From Octopus sinensis (lineage: Eukaryota): 64,000 nt of DNA. Made by a program: the position numbers and the translations under genes. Within the stretch, counting starts at the first letter, position 1. Every line of letters starts with the position of its first letter. Positions 23,002 to 35,967 of this stretch are shown one piece after another. The stretch spans positions 5,766,001 through 5,830,000 of the forward strand of contig NC_043006.1 in NCBI RefSeq assembly GCF_006345805.1, given 5' to 3'. The notes under the pieces were generated by a model. The model saw only the letters and a program-made list of their open reading frames with translations, was not told the DNA's origin and searched no databases.

Positions 23002-23420
23002 TTCTCTGTATGAATGCAGACAGACGTAGAGAGAGAGAGTGTGAAAGCGCTGTGGAAGGCGGGGGAGAGATAGAACGCCGTTTGACGAAGTTATAAAGAG
23101 AAAGTGAAGGGGAGTTAGACGCCGTTATCGACGTTATATATAGAAAGTGATGGGAAGGGAGGAAAGATAGTGAGTGTGAGTGACAGAGGAAGACAGATAC
23201 ATAAAAGAATGAGAGTCGACTTGTCAAAGTGCGTTTTTGGCCCTAGCAATGACACCTTTTAAGATAGGGATTTCTAACCTAGCCCACTGGCATCCTCACC
23301 TCATTTTACATGTCCCTGTAAATTTTGGAGTCAATCCGACGGGATATAGTGGCCTTTAAACCGTTCCAGACAAACAAACAAACAAACAAACTTTTCGCAT
23401 TTCAGTTTTATAAATAGAGA
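23002..23420 (+). mobile_element. Possible Helentron/DINE-like non-autonomous element
   Basis: (CAAA)n followed by ttttcgcatttcagttttataaataga; resemblance only. Confidence 0.35.
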
Positions 23421-24430
23421 TTAAATGTTACTGACTGGAGTTTCCCAAGCCCTAACGACCCTGTTTAGGCAGTGGTTATTTTACAGGATCTAGCAAAGGG
23501 TTAAATATAATTTTACCATTTATATGAAATAGATTTACGGATTTAGTTACAGTGTATATATTATATTGGTAATATGTTAAAAAATGTTAAATACACCGCT
23601 GGTATTTTGTAATCTTTGCATCACAAGTCCACGGGTTAAGATCCAGATTCTGTTTTTGCTGTTTAAGGTGATCCTTATTTTAGGAGCAATTTTTTTTTAG
23701 GTTCCTATTTTTATTCACTGACACAGTGGTATATAAAATTAGTTATTATTATGTTACTAAACCTCTCTAAAATCTTGATTATATTGAAAATTAATTGGAA
23801 CACATAATCTTTATTACAATTCAGGTGTAATTTATTTTTGATGTTTTGTTAGAAGTGACTCTGACAGGTTGAGGGTGGGGTAACAAGCTATGGAGAAGGC
23901 TTTGTATTTCATCATATTCCAAACATCTCTATATGTAGAAATATGACAGTTAAACACCAACAGAGTAAACACAAAGCAAAGAGCAAAATTGTTTATAAGT
24001 CAAATAATTGAGACACCATTAATATCATAGACAGTAAAGTCTGTTGTTGTCTTCTATACCAGCTGCAAAAATGGAGTATTATTGGTTATTGATTGATTTT
24101 ATCATTGCTGCACTTTAAGTATGTTAACACTTACTTACCAGCATTCAGATTATAGTTTAGGAGTAGCCTTATGGTTGTTCACCCAGCTAAGAATAACAAC
24201 CAAGTTTCTTTCAAATCACACCCAACCATCTTAAGAAAAGGAAGATGTTAGACAATTCTGTCCCTGATATACAAAATGCTGGGACAGTCGTTGCTGGGAT
24301 GCCATTAAGTGTATTTTTATTATATCTACTACCACTCACTTTGGCTTGGAATTTCATGCACTCTCACCCTAGTCTTCTGCAACTATTTCAAACTGACTTT
24401 GTAACTATATCACGCTTGGGAATTGAAAGT

Positions 24431-24466
24431 CTTTTACGTTTCGAGCCTATGCTCTTCCACAGAAAG
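24431..24466 (-). ncRNA. Minimal hammerhead motif with variant core (CTGTGGA)
   Basis: Minus: CTTT-CTGTGGA-A-GAGC-ATAG-GCTC-GAAAC-GT-A-AAAG. Confidence 0.6.
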
Positions 24467-24802
24467 GAACACAGAAAGAAACAAGGAGAGAAACATATAT
24501 ATATACCCAACGTTTCACTGACTCCACCGTTAAATTCCCAGTTTTGTAGAAAAAAACCTTAAGAATAACATGGGTATATATTAAGTTTATAAAAATGAAT
24601 ATTAAATGGAGGTATACGATTTTCAATTCAATGATTTAAATTCATTCGCATAATCTATTTCATAGTTATTTTACATTAACTAGCAATCTCTTATACTTTT
24701 CCAAATGTACATTTGTATTAACTAGCAGTCTCTTATTAACTAGCAGTCTCTTATACTTTTCCAAATGTACATTTGTTTATTTTATTTCTCTCTCTTTTTC
24801 AG

Positions 24803-24995
24803 CATAACCAAACAAGATTTAAAAATCTTTGTTGGGAAGAATTTGAAATGCATGCTGGGAGATAAACAGCGCAATATCCGTGTGCATTTCTCTGCTGATT
24901 ATATCAACCGTGAACCAGAGTTTCGTAAAGAAAATGGTAATATGACACTAATGTGGCCTGCCAATGCGAATAAGATGCTGTTTAATAATTCCTAA
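24803..24995 (+). CDS. MYO1D: Myosin I terminal coding exon (ITKQDLKIFVGKNLKCMLGDKQRNIRVHFSADYINREPEFRKENGNMTLMWPANANKMLFNNS*)
   Basis: long pyrimidine tract plus ttcag acceptor; phase 2 matches previous exon; TAA at 24993-24995. Confidence 0.88.
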
Positions 24996-25297
24996 CTATT
25001 ACTGACTTTTATTGGAATCTTGGATTTGCTGCTGTTTGGCTGTCAAATTGTTGCCATGGTTACATACAACATATAAAAATTAATCATTCCACCCCAACCA
25101 CTACTTGGTTCTTCACATACTTTTTTCATTTTTTTTTTTTTTGACAATAGAAAATAGTTTCTCATAAATCCAAATATTCTGATGAGAATTGCAATTCTAC
25201 AAATTAAAGAGCAACGAATTTTGTTTAAAAAAAACAATGACCTGTTAAGTCTTTCATAGTTTCACCTCATGATGAAACATTCATACACACACACACA

Positions 25298-25337
<40 letters not shown>

Positions 25338-25850
25338 ATAATGGAGATATATATATATATATATATATTTAATGATGGGCATTTAATCCATAATCATTAC
25401 TCTAACAAAATATATCTTGTTTCACGTATGGCTCTTCAGGTGAAACCAAATATATTTTGCTCGATGAATGATGATAAATTAAATGTTTATTTCCTCTCAG
25501 ATGTATCTTTGAGTCCTTTATTCTAAGTGGCCGTCAGAACTCTCCATGTAGAAAGTGAAAGAGGAAATTACTGCATATAAACAAATCATATTTAATCACC
25601 GTTATGGCAAGTTATATTAGTTATCATTTCACTAGTGTAGCTAGAGTGGCTGTCACCCCTGAGCCCCACAAAAAACATATATTGCCTACAGCAGACCCAA
25701 AAGGGGTGCTGCCCAGGATGGACTGTCCTCCTCTCTGCCCTACCCCTCTCTAGTTGCACTAATGCACTATATGGCATATTTCATTTATATTTGAACAGTA
25801 CACATATTCTCTGTGTCTCAGGTAATATAAGTTCAAGAAATTCAAGGCTT

Positions 25851-25884
<34 letters not shown>

Positions 25885-26919
25885 GCTTGTCTGTTGCAAA
25901 CGATATATATATATATATAGAAAGGTTTTATTATGGATTAGGACACCATTTTCTCACTGAGCTCAAAACTATATAAACAAGAGTTTTCAACAAAAACGAT
26001 GTAAATATTAACTCCAGCTGCACAATTGATATAGTTAACTGCTGCACTCATCAAGTCTAAGTTACCATCCAAATCTAGCACTACAATATTTTGTCCATTT
26101 AATGATAAATATATCACTATGACTCTAATGCATCAATCTAGAATTCTATTAACATTGAAAAACAAAGAATAACACTCATTGAGCATGTTGAAAAAATACA
26201 TAATAAAATAAAAATAAATGAAATACTACATATCCAGAAATTGATCTATTATTGAATTCCGTTTACTTATATCAAAAGGCCAATAAAATGCCTTCTCTGT
26301 CTTGCAGAAAAGTATGATATTCTTACACAACCTATTAATAAGCTCTATCGAAAGACAGTACAGAAATGCTGTCATGATAATAACTGCTAAAATTATTATA
26401 ATAATTTATTATAGCTGCAATGATGATACTTCACTACTTGACTGATTGTGTGGTAATAGCAACAGATTACGTATCAGCAGTACCATTCCAACCCAAATGA
26501 TCATCAATCAGATTAATCATGTCAAATTGACTGATTGGATTAAAGCTGGAAAGAATGCAGCTCATACATTCATTATAAATTCAAATTTAAGAATATTTGA
26601 TAAACTGATAGGTTGACTAATATTAGTGAGAGTAAAGCTTTGAATAGATGAATTCTATTATGTGTAATCAACGTTCTTTATCTTGTACTTGTCTACCCAA
26701 CACACACACACACACACATACACACACAAAGTAGTAATAGTGGGTGTATATAGCTTGAACAAAGAAGTGTACACCTGAAAATCATTTCTAATGAGAAATT
26801 AAACGTTTGGAAAATAGGATATTCTTTCCCTCAAATTAATATTCTGTGTGTGTATACATACATTCATGTCTACATATACATAATGATATGTAGCTGTGTA
26901 CCTCCCAGGTAAATATGAG

Positions 26920-26976
<57 letters not shown>

Positions 26977-27417
26977 GACACATACACACCTTCAGTTCAG
27001 TATACACTTTCTGTTTCCATGCATAAAAACATGAAGATATCCACTCCATAAATGCTTAGTTGCTGTTTTAGCACATAATTTGTTTTTAAGCATAGCGCTG
27101 TGATTTTTTACCTAGACAACAACATTCACCAAAAATAATTATATCTATACATATTACAGTATGGTTTTTGACAGTATTAAAGGGAACGTAGATATGTGAA
27201 ACTTACAAATATGCAGAGTTTTGATTCTATTTTCTGGTCATAACTTTGCTTGCTTCAAGATACAAGTTTCACTCCAACGTTGTTTGAATGGTTAGCAATA
27301 GGAAAAGCATCCGGTATTAAAAATGCTGTGACAAAAACATTAACAATTCTTCATTAGGAACATGGAAATAAATTAATATAAAAGATATATGGGTGTGAGT
27401 GTGTGTGAATATGATAC

Positions 27418-27450
<33 letters not shown>

Positions 27451-30400
27451 ATTTTTGCACATATTCATATGATTTGTGTGTGTGTAGATATATATATATA
27501 TATATATATATAATTTTTGCACATATACATATTTGTGTGTGTGTGTGTGTGTAGACATATATATACATACATACACACATGATGTGATTTATATGTATAT
27601 ATATGTATACACTTGGTTTTAATTTTTTATTATTGTCAATCAAACTTGGCAGCAAAAATGTGTACCCAGCTTTACACATTCTAAATAACAGATGATGATG
27701 ATGATAATGTGGTTTGTTACTAAGTTTATGCCTGAAAGAGTTTCTGGAGTATAAAATGTTCTAAGATATAATAAACATTTAATTCTACTCCTGAACCTAT
27801 GTTATTTCCAAATACCAAGGTTATACTTGTAAATAGCTCTTTAACACTCGAAAAGTATTGAATGGAATTCTGATTACAGCAATCATCTTGTGTATATTCC
27901 CTGTAGTGCACTTAGTAGTATTGTTCGTTGTTCTAGAGTTGTTTATATATACTTTGAAACTTTAAAGTAATGTATCATAAATTGCAGAATATTAGCCAAC
28001 AAATGGATTAGTTGGTCTTGAGGTTTTGGGCTCAACTTACAAGCCCAGGTTTGTTGCAAAGTTTCTTATTTTATACTTGGTATATAGATTGATCTATAGT
28101 TTCCAGTAGAATTTTTTTCCCCTCAGCTTAAAATATTGACTTTTATGCTGTGATGTATAGCATGTGTTATATACACACTCTACTGAATTTTATCACTGTA
28201 ATACACTCGAAACCTCTGGAGTCGAAACTATTTCTTTATTTCTCACAAAACCAAATACTATATATATATTTTATGAAAAAACTATGTGATCTCTTGAATT
28301 ACTTCCAAAACTGAAGGTTTACTGGTGGCTTTAGTTTCACTATTCAGCTGTGTTCATCCAAATCAAAGCATTGCTCTGCAAAAGACAAATCCTTAAAACA
28401 AGGCTGTGTCAGGAATTCTTTCCCAGAGTTTTAGGGAACTTTCATTGTAAAAATACACAAATCATATGGAGTAAGATTTCCAATCAAAAGTGATATCATC
28501 ATGATTAAAATTCCTTCCAAGATATTAAGATTTAAATTTTAAAATGGAAGACAATTAATGCGCATTAATATCTGTTGCTATTTTTGTTATTGTTATTGTG
28601 TTGAGGAAACTTAAACTTTGTCGGTTTTTTTTATGTGTTTCCAGTGTTATTTTGGCTCATAAGTAGAATTCTATCAGGTTCTCAGATACAAACAGCAACA
28701 TCATATTAAGTTTTCAAATTTTGTTTTATTATCTGACCAATTTACTTTTATTCTTAAATCACATTGTTTTTTTGGTCTGTTATCTGACAGGCTATGGGTT
28801 ATCTGGAAAGTTGTTTTATAACAGAGTATTCAGTATTGAATTTTACGTGAAGCACTACATAGTACTGCTGTATGTTTCAAGTATTGCTACATAAATTACA
28901 TTTTTGAATGTGCCTCTCAAAAAGCACATTTTTCTTTATAACTGTCAAATAAATCTCTAGACCATCTTTATATACATGACATAACCTGCTTGTGTTCAAT
29001 GCTTTCTAGAATATCCACACATTGAAATTTTATCATTAATTTTAGATTGTAAAATATTTTACATTTCACAAAATGTATGCATTTCAAAAGTGTTCCCAAA
29101 TATAGGATGCATCATTAACATTTTCAACTAACACTGCCACTTAAAATTGTTTTATTATGGCTTCTGTTGTTTATAAACAGCAGCTACCACCCACTTCTAC
29201 ACTGCAATAGCAGAATTAGTTAACACCTGATTTGTTTGGTAATTGTAAATATAATTCAAAGTCAACACCAAGTTAATGACATCAAAAGTCAGTTTTATTT
29301 GAAAACCTGTTCTTGTTGTTTCTGATTTCTTTTAAATGCAAAAATTATATTCAAAAATCCACTCTGACAAAAACCAAAAAAATGCCAAGAACGCACAATA
29401 CTGTTTGTTTTAGATTAGTTGAATGATTTGCCATCACACAAACATATCTAAAATGACTTTTTTAATGATCAATGTCTGTGGAATAAAGTTCATATAATAT
29501 TTTGACGAGCCATTTCTCCTTCAAGTGTTTGAAATAAAAAATAGATTTGAAGCTTGTTTGTCATGTACGACAACTACAGCACAGGTATCTTAATTCACTA
29601 ATTCACATATCCCTACAGTTATTATTTAGTTGAAATCTCATCAAATTAAATCCTTCATTCAAATCATTTAACTAAAAGCTTTCTGAGGGCAAAAAGAAAT
29701 ATTTACTTCCACTTTTTTTGTATAAATTCAATGTATGGATGTACAAATTGCAATCAGAAATGGTTAATCTTAATGCTTGTAGTCCAAACATCCATGTTTG
29801 GCTGTAATATTTACGGCTGTAAAATGCAGTCTTATTGAAAAAAATAAATTGCTTGTTTTTTTTTTCTATTTTTTATGATCACAAGACCAATTAGTTTGTT
29901 TCCATTGTTTTTACCAACGGTCCAAAAACAAACTTTTTTTTTTTTGATCACAAGTCAACAATTTAGTCACAAAATATTTTTTTACAGTTTAGTCTCCAAA
30001 CCTCTTGTTTAATCTCAATGTCTATAATCACAAAATCAAGCTATAATAGTCTTATATGGTTAATAAAGACCAATTGTTTAATCTAAAAACAAACAAAAAG
30101 ATTTTTCTGGATTTGAGACCAAATATTTTAAACAAAAAGAATATTTTCTAAATAATTTGTTTCCACTGTATATATCCCTGAAAATAAACAGTGTCCTGTG
30201 TATATATGAAAATATTGTTGATACCCTCCGGTAAATTCTGCTAGAATATCCTACTATGTGCTGTAATTATCATTCACCTTAATTATTCTTATATATTCAT
30301 TCACTCTTTGTTCCATGAAGCTTACAAGAATTTGCTGTTTAACATATAGAAATCAATTTTAATTATCCAAATAATGACAATAGTCCAAACATGATGCATA

Positions 30401-30519
30401 TATTATGAAAACATTAAAAAAAAAAACATTTATTGCTTGATTTGTTGAAAGCAAGAAAAAAACGACAAAATATATATTTTATAAAACAAACATTTCTATT
30501 TCTTTATTACTTTGGTATA

Positions 30520-30525
30520 AATAAA
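30520..30525 (+). terminator. Candidate distal polyadenylation signal of the myosin gene
   Basis: AATAAA followed by U-rich sequence at the end of a TE-poor block; one of several possible hexamers. Confidence 0.25.
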
Positions 30526-30984
30526 CATGAAATGCTTTTGTTCATTTTAAATGTGATTTTTCAATTCAATTTTTGTTTTTCTCTGTAATTATGACAGCAT
30601 ACACAGTTTCCGTTTATTCATTTCATTATTTTATGAAAAAAAAAAAACAATCCTTCACTGATTTATACACATATATTTTTCCTCTCTTTCACACACACAT
30701 ACACAGTGTTTTTGATACTATTCACCATCTACACACTCTCTCTTTTCTGTAAAGACTTTCCCTTGTTTTACCAAACACCCTCCACAACTTTCTCCACACA
30801 TCCTACACATTTTCCTACAGTTTTTTTTCCACAACATCAGTTATTCCTACTGATCACTTCTTCCTTTGAAGTTTTTTTTATAAACATCATTGTGTGTCAG
30901 TTATGATATACAATATCTTTAAATAAACACGATACCAGTTTACTACTACTACATTAGCTGCTAACATATTTTAGCCATCTGTTA

Positions 30985-31197
30985 TAGGTTGCGAGCTGGC
31001 AGAACCGTTAGCACGCTGGGCGAAATGTTTAACAGCATTTCATCTGCAGCTACGTTCTGAGTTCAAGTTCCACCGAGGTCGACTTTACCTTTCATCCTTT
31101 CGGGGTCGATAAATTTTGTACCAGTTACATACTGGAGTCGATCTAATCGACTTAATTCCTTTGTCCTTGTTTGTCCCCTCGTGGGCAATAAAGAAAT
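30985..31197 (+). mobile_element. SINE family D
   Basis: gcgagctggcagaaccgttagc head, gagttcaagttcc B box. Confidence 0.85.
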
Positions 31198-31615
31198 ATT
31201 TTAGCCATCTGTTACATTAGGGACTGCTCATATTACAAGAGATACTAATAACCACCGGTACACTAGTTTGTTAGTCATATCTTTAGTTTAATTAATTTAT
31301 GAGACTTGCTCCAATGTCCAGCTGAAGTGTCAATGCATTTACAGCCTCACGTCTTTGATGTCTGTATACTATGCAAATAACGACTGTTGTGTCTTTTATG
31401 TAACAATTTAATAATAATTCATGATGCACTCTAAATTAACATTATTGAAACCAGCTGAAATGAATGCATGCTCAATAAAGTGTTTTTAATTTTTACCTCT
31501 GGTTTTATAATGAAAATTTGACAACTGTTAGGATGTTGATTAAGTATAGCTAACTGGACATTCAGTTTGTTTTGTGACAGTACTGTATGGCACAACACAC
31601 ACACACACACACACA

Positions 31616-31660
<45 letters not shown>

Positions 31661-31905
31661 TATACAAATAAAAAGTGAGGGCGGGAGGGAGCGACATTAC
31701 AAGTTAATAATTGAACGCAATAAGCACTTTCCCTCTCCTCGGATACAGGAAAAGAAATATGCTCAAAGTCACAAATAGAGGGACAGAGTAGGTAGGGAAT
31801 AAGGAAACATCAAAATGTCTATTGTCAAATAAATCAGCACTGAATCAGTGATACCAAAACAGCTGTGTCACACTGTATTTCTTTTTCGACCAGATTATCT
31901 TTTAA

Positions 31906-32126
31906 CCCTTTTGTTACTGTATTTGTTTTGGGATGCTCTGTGTTTCTTTCAATTACTTTAAATATAACAAAGAATTTAGTAAAATAACTTAGTTGTCATT
32001 CAGCTAGTGTTAGGAACATAAACTGTGACTAAGGTTTGGTGGAAGATTTTAATTCAGAACTTATGAAAACAAGACATTTGTACTACAGAGCCAGTTGTGG
32101 TTTCAGCCGGGTTGGTAATGAAAGGG
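31906..32126. mobile_element. piggyBac-type MITE
   Basis: TTAA|CCCTTT...AAAGGG|TTAA, ~12-bp imperfect TIR. Confidence 0.8.
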
Positions 32127-32198
32127 TTAAAGATGCTACAAAGTTGTTTTATATACAACTTGAGCTTATACTTTGAAATTTTGATATATTAATAATAT

Positions 32199-32578
32199 GG
32201 CGCAGGAGTGGCTGTGTAGTAAGTAGCTTGCTTACAAACCACATGGTTCCGGGTTCAGTCCTACTGTGTGGCACCTTGGGCAAGTGTCTTCTAATATAGC
32301 CTTGGGCCGACCAAAGCCTTGTGAGTGGATTTGGCAGACGGAAACTGAAAGAAGCCCGTCGTGTATATGTATGTGTGTGTGTATGTTGTGTATCTGTGTG
32401 TATCACTTGACAACCGATGCTGGTGTGTTTAGGTACCTGTAACTTAGTCTATCGGTCTCTTTTGCCGAACCGCTAAGTACTAGGCTTACAAAGAATAAGT
32501 CCTGGGGTCGATTTGATTCGACTAAAGGCGGTGCTCCAGCATGGCCGCAGTCAAATGACTGAAGCGAGTAAAAGAGTA
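32199..32578 (+). mobile_element. SINE family A
   Basis: Full length with a short internal deletion. Confidence 0.85.
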
Positions 32579-33422
32579 ATACTAATAATGACAATGATGA
32601 TAAACTTGACGCATTTCTAAAATAAAGTTAGTTTAGGGTTCAAAAGATTAAGATTTGTGGTTGGTTGGGGATGGGGGACACTTGTTTAAAAAAATAAAAC
32701 TGAAAAACGCTTGATGCATCACAATTCAATTAGTAATTAACCATTTGATATTAGTTTTGTTTTATTTATAGTTTCCAATAACATAATTATCATTCATACA
32801 TTCACAAATATTTGTAAAAAATACTGTCTGTTACACATGAGTTTTCACAGAAAATAATCACAATTCTGTAAATAAATTAGATGAAATATTCAATTTTTAA
32901 AGATGTGTGAGTAGTCTTTCTTGTAGTCCTGTCACAGAATGAATTAAGATTTTTATCTCCACTGTAGATTTATTTAGACACACTCTACCTCTTCTATGAT
33001 GCCAACGTTAAACACCTTCAAGCTTTTTAATACAACTGTGTATGTTTGGAAGAAACACAGAAAAATTATTTGCCTCAAAATACAAAAGACTGAAAATATT
33101 TTGGTATACCTTAGTATCTTTATATTTGTGAGTATGTGTGTAAACTTATTGAAGTCCTTTTTCTGTCTTGAAGGATAAAACAAATATTTTTTACTTGAAG
33201 TATATCTGTAAAAAGAGCATGTTTTTGTAAAAATATAAAACCTTGGATGTGGAAACTACATAGATATTTGGCTATAGGAAGCTCTTTGATATGCAGACAA
33301 TTCTCTACAGAATCAATTTTATCAGGTCTTACAAGAGTTTGTCACCTTCATTTGCATACAATTTTCCTTCTTCACCGAATTAATCTTTATGGTTTTGTTA
33401 AGGTATTTACCGGATTATTTAA

Positions 33423-33632
33423 CCCTTTCGCATTCCACTGTCAAATATACTGCTTATTTATTCACATTGTTTTGAATTAATCGTGCATTATCTCACAGCT
33501 CCAAGATACCAATAATGTGATCATTTATTTTTAGAATGACATTATAGGGAATGTGTGAGAGGCTGGATCTGGCCACTTTGAACCTAAAACAGAATATTTA
33601 GGCCAGATATGGTCAGTTTAAATGCTAAAGGG
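33423..33632. mobile_element. piggyBac-type MITE (second family)
   Basis: TTAA|CCCTTTCGCATT...AATGCTAAAGGG|TTAG. Confidence 0.7.
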
Positions 33633-34868
33633 TTAGATGAATATACTTACCATTCATAAAATTAACATCAACATGTGTCAACAATTGGTTGTCAACTTAC
33701 TGATATTCAATAATTAGTTATTTTATTAATCACAAAAGGCCTGCTATTTTATTGAAGTGATTAAAAGGAAAAAACCTCAACGTAATAATTTGGTTGTCAC
33801 CTTTGTATTAAAGTAGTAACTTTATTTATAACCCAAGGGTACTGAAATGCACAGTCAGTCCTGGCAGGTATGAAACTAGTTCAGTTTCAATACCATAACC
33901 AATCAGTGAATTTGTTACATTTTTTTTTATTCAAAATGTTTGTTTCTGTTGATTTGTTTTTGAAAGAAACTTTCAGTGTTTCAGTGAAAATAATTTTATT
34001 TCCTATTATTGCAAGTTTTGAACTACCAACCTTGTGGCTATAAGTTCAATCTTTGTTATGGTTGGTATTCCCTTATTCAAGATGAATTATGCTGCTTGCT
34101 TTGGTATACCTGACTGACAATAGGTTTCACCTTCACTGACATAATCACCCACCACCATATTAATGCAGGAAAATACATAAAACTATTAAAATACAATTGA
34201 AAAATGTATGGATTGTGGTATTAATTGTTTTTACTCCCTTTGTACAAAGAGCCTGAAGCCTGTGTAGAATGTGAATGATTGAAGAGTCGACTGGCAGTAG
34301 AACACTATCAGATTGACCAGCTGTGACAATTCCTTCCCAAACGCTTTAAGAGACTTGGAATATTTTAGTAATCCAATGTATTCAGTGATGCGTGATAAGA
34401 GCATCCAACCATAAAAATATTTTGCTCTCACAGTATGTAAATGTTCAGATATTACAACTTGTTCTTTTCATAATTTTACAAATGTTACATTCTTTCAACT
34501 GAATGAGTCTTGTGAATTAATGTTTTTAAATATTCCAATGACTAACACACCATCAGTTACAAAACTCTTAGACTCTACTTAAATACTACTACTACACTGC
34601 TTGTTTTTTATTTTGTTTTACTTATTTTTGCACTATAGCTATTTTTTTCTTTAGCAATGCTTGTATGCGTGTGTATCTCTCTCTCTCTCTCATAGATATA
34701 TATATATAGATATATATATATTAAAAAGTATAAATTAGGGTATCTACGAGATACCACCATGCTGAAAATAGCAGCCATGATCTGACTCTAAAACCACCTT
34801 AATTGTCCATATCGCAAACACGGAGAGAAAACAAAGAGACAAGATGAAGCTAGTAAAAAAATTGCTGG

Positions 34869-34899
<31 letters not shown>

Positions 34900-34902
34900 T
34901 GG

Positions 34903-35270
34903 ACAGGCATGGTTGTGTGGTTAAGAAGTTCCCTTCTTATGGTTTCAGGTTCAGTCCCATTACTTGGTACCTTGGAAAAGTGTCTTCTGTTAAAGCCCCA
35001 AATCAGACAAGGCCTTATGAATGGATTTGGGAGAAAAAAAAATTGAAAGAAACCCGTCTGGTGTGTGTGTGTTCTTGTCATGATAATATGATGTTTACAC
35101 TCATTTACAACTAACAGGGTTCTTTGTTTCCAATCTTCTGGCTATGGGGAAATATTACCTTAAACGAAAACAAGTGAGTGTTGTTAACAGGAAGGGCATT
35201 CAGCCGTAAAAATCTGCCTCAACAAATTCTGACTTCTGCCAGCAGAAAAGTGGACATTAAAACAATGATG
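34903..35270 (+). mobile_element. Old SINE with family A-like head and RTE-LINE-like tail
   Basis: ggttcagtccc/accttggaaaagtgtctt head; aggaagggcattcagccgta...gtggacattaaaacaatgatg tail. Confidence 0.65.
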
Positions 35271-35967
35271 CGTGTGTGTGTGTGTGTGTGCGTAATATCA
35301 TCATCATCGTTTAACGTCCACTTTCCATGCTAGCATGGGTTGGACGATTTGACTGAGGGCTGGCAAGCCAGATGGGTGCACCAGGCTCCAATCTTGATCT
35401 GGCAGAGTTTCCACAGCTGGATGCTCTTCATAATTCCAAACGTTATATAAACTATTTAAGTTATTATATAGTTTTAATACAAATTATATGGCATTGGTTA
35501 TTTCTCTGTACATTAGATATTATACAAAAAGACTATCAAAAGATAAGTAAAGAGATCATCTTACAAATAGATAAAACATTGTTTTAATTCATCTTTCAGG
35601 GAACCACAGGGAGCTTTATTGATCTTTGATGATGATGATATTCACTTCTAGTTTCTCTATTAATTGGATGAATTTGTGTGGGAAGTGGATCTTTCTGCTG
35701 GAAATAAGTTTAATGCTGTAAATTATTCCCAGATTGTTTCACTGGCATATTTCTGAGTCTGCTAAGACAATTACAAAATTATTTCATGAAACTGAGAAAA
35801 CATACCTGCTTGTATCAAGACATAATAGTTTCAACGTTATTGAGATTAAAGATTACCCAACACTCACATGGGACATGAATATTCTGGCAAAGATGGAAGA
35901 AAACAAAGTAACAGAAGATCAATAGGATATAAAGAAAGGATTGTTTTGTGATATTTATCAACAATAT

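Noticed and set aside
25411-25443. Minus-strand CTGAAGA...GAAAC
   Set aside because: Stems I, II and III do not pair
34231-34431. 66-aa minus-strand ORF with protein-like composition
   Set aside because: No convincing acceptor or ATG start and no recognisable homology; compatible with chance
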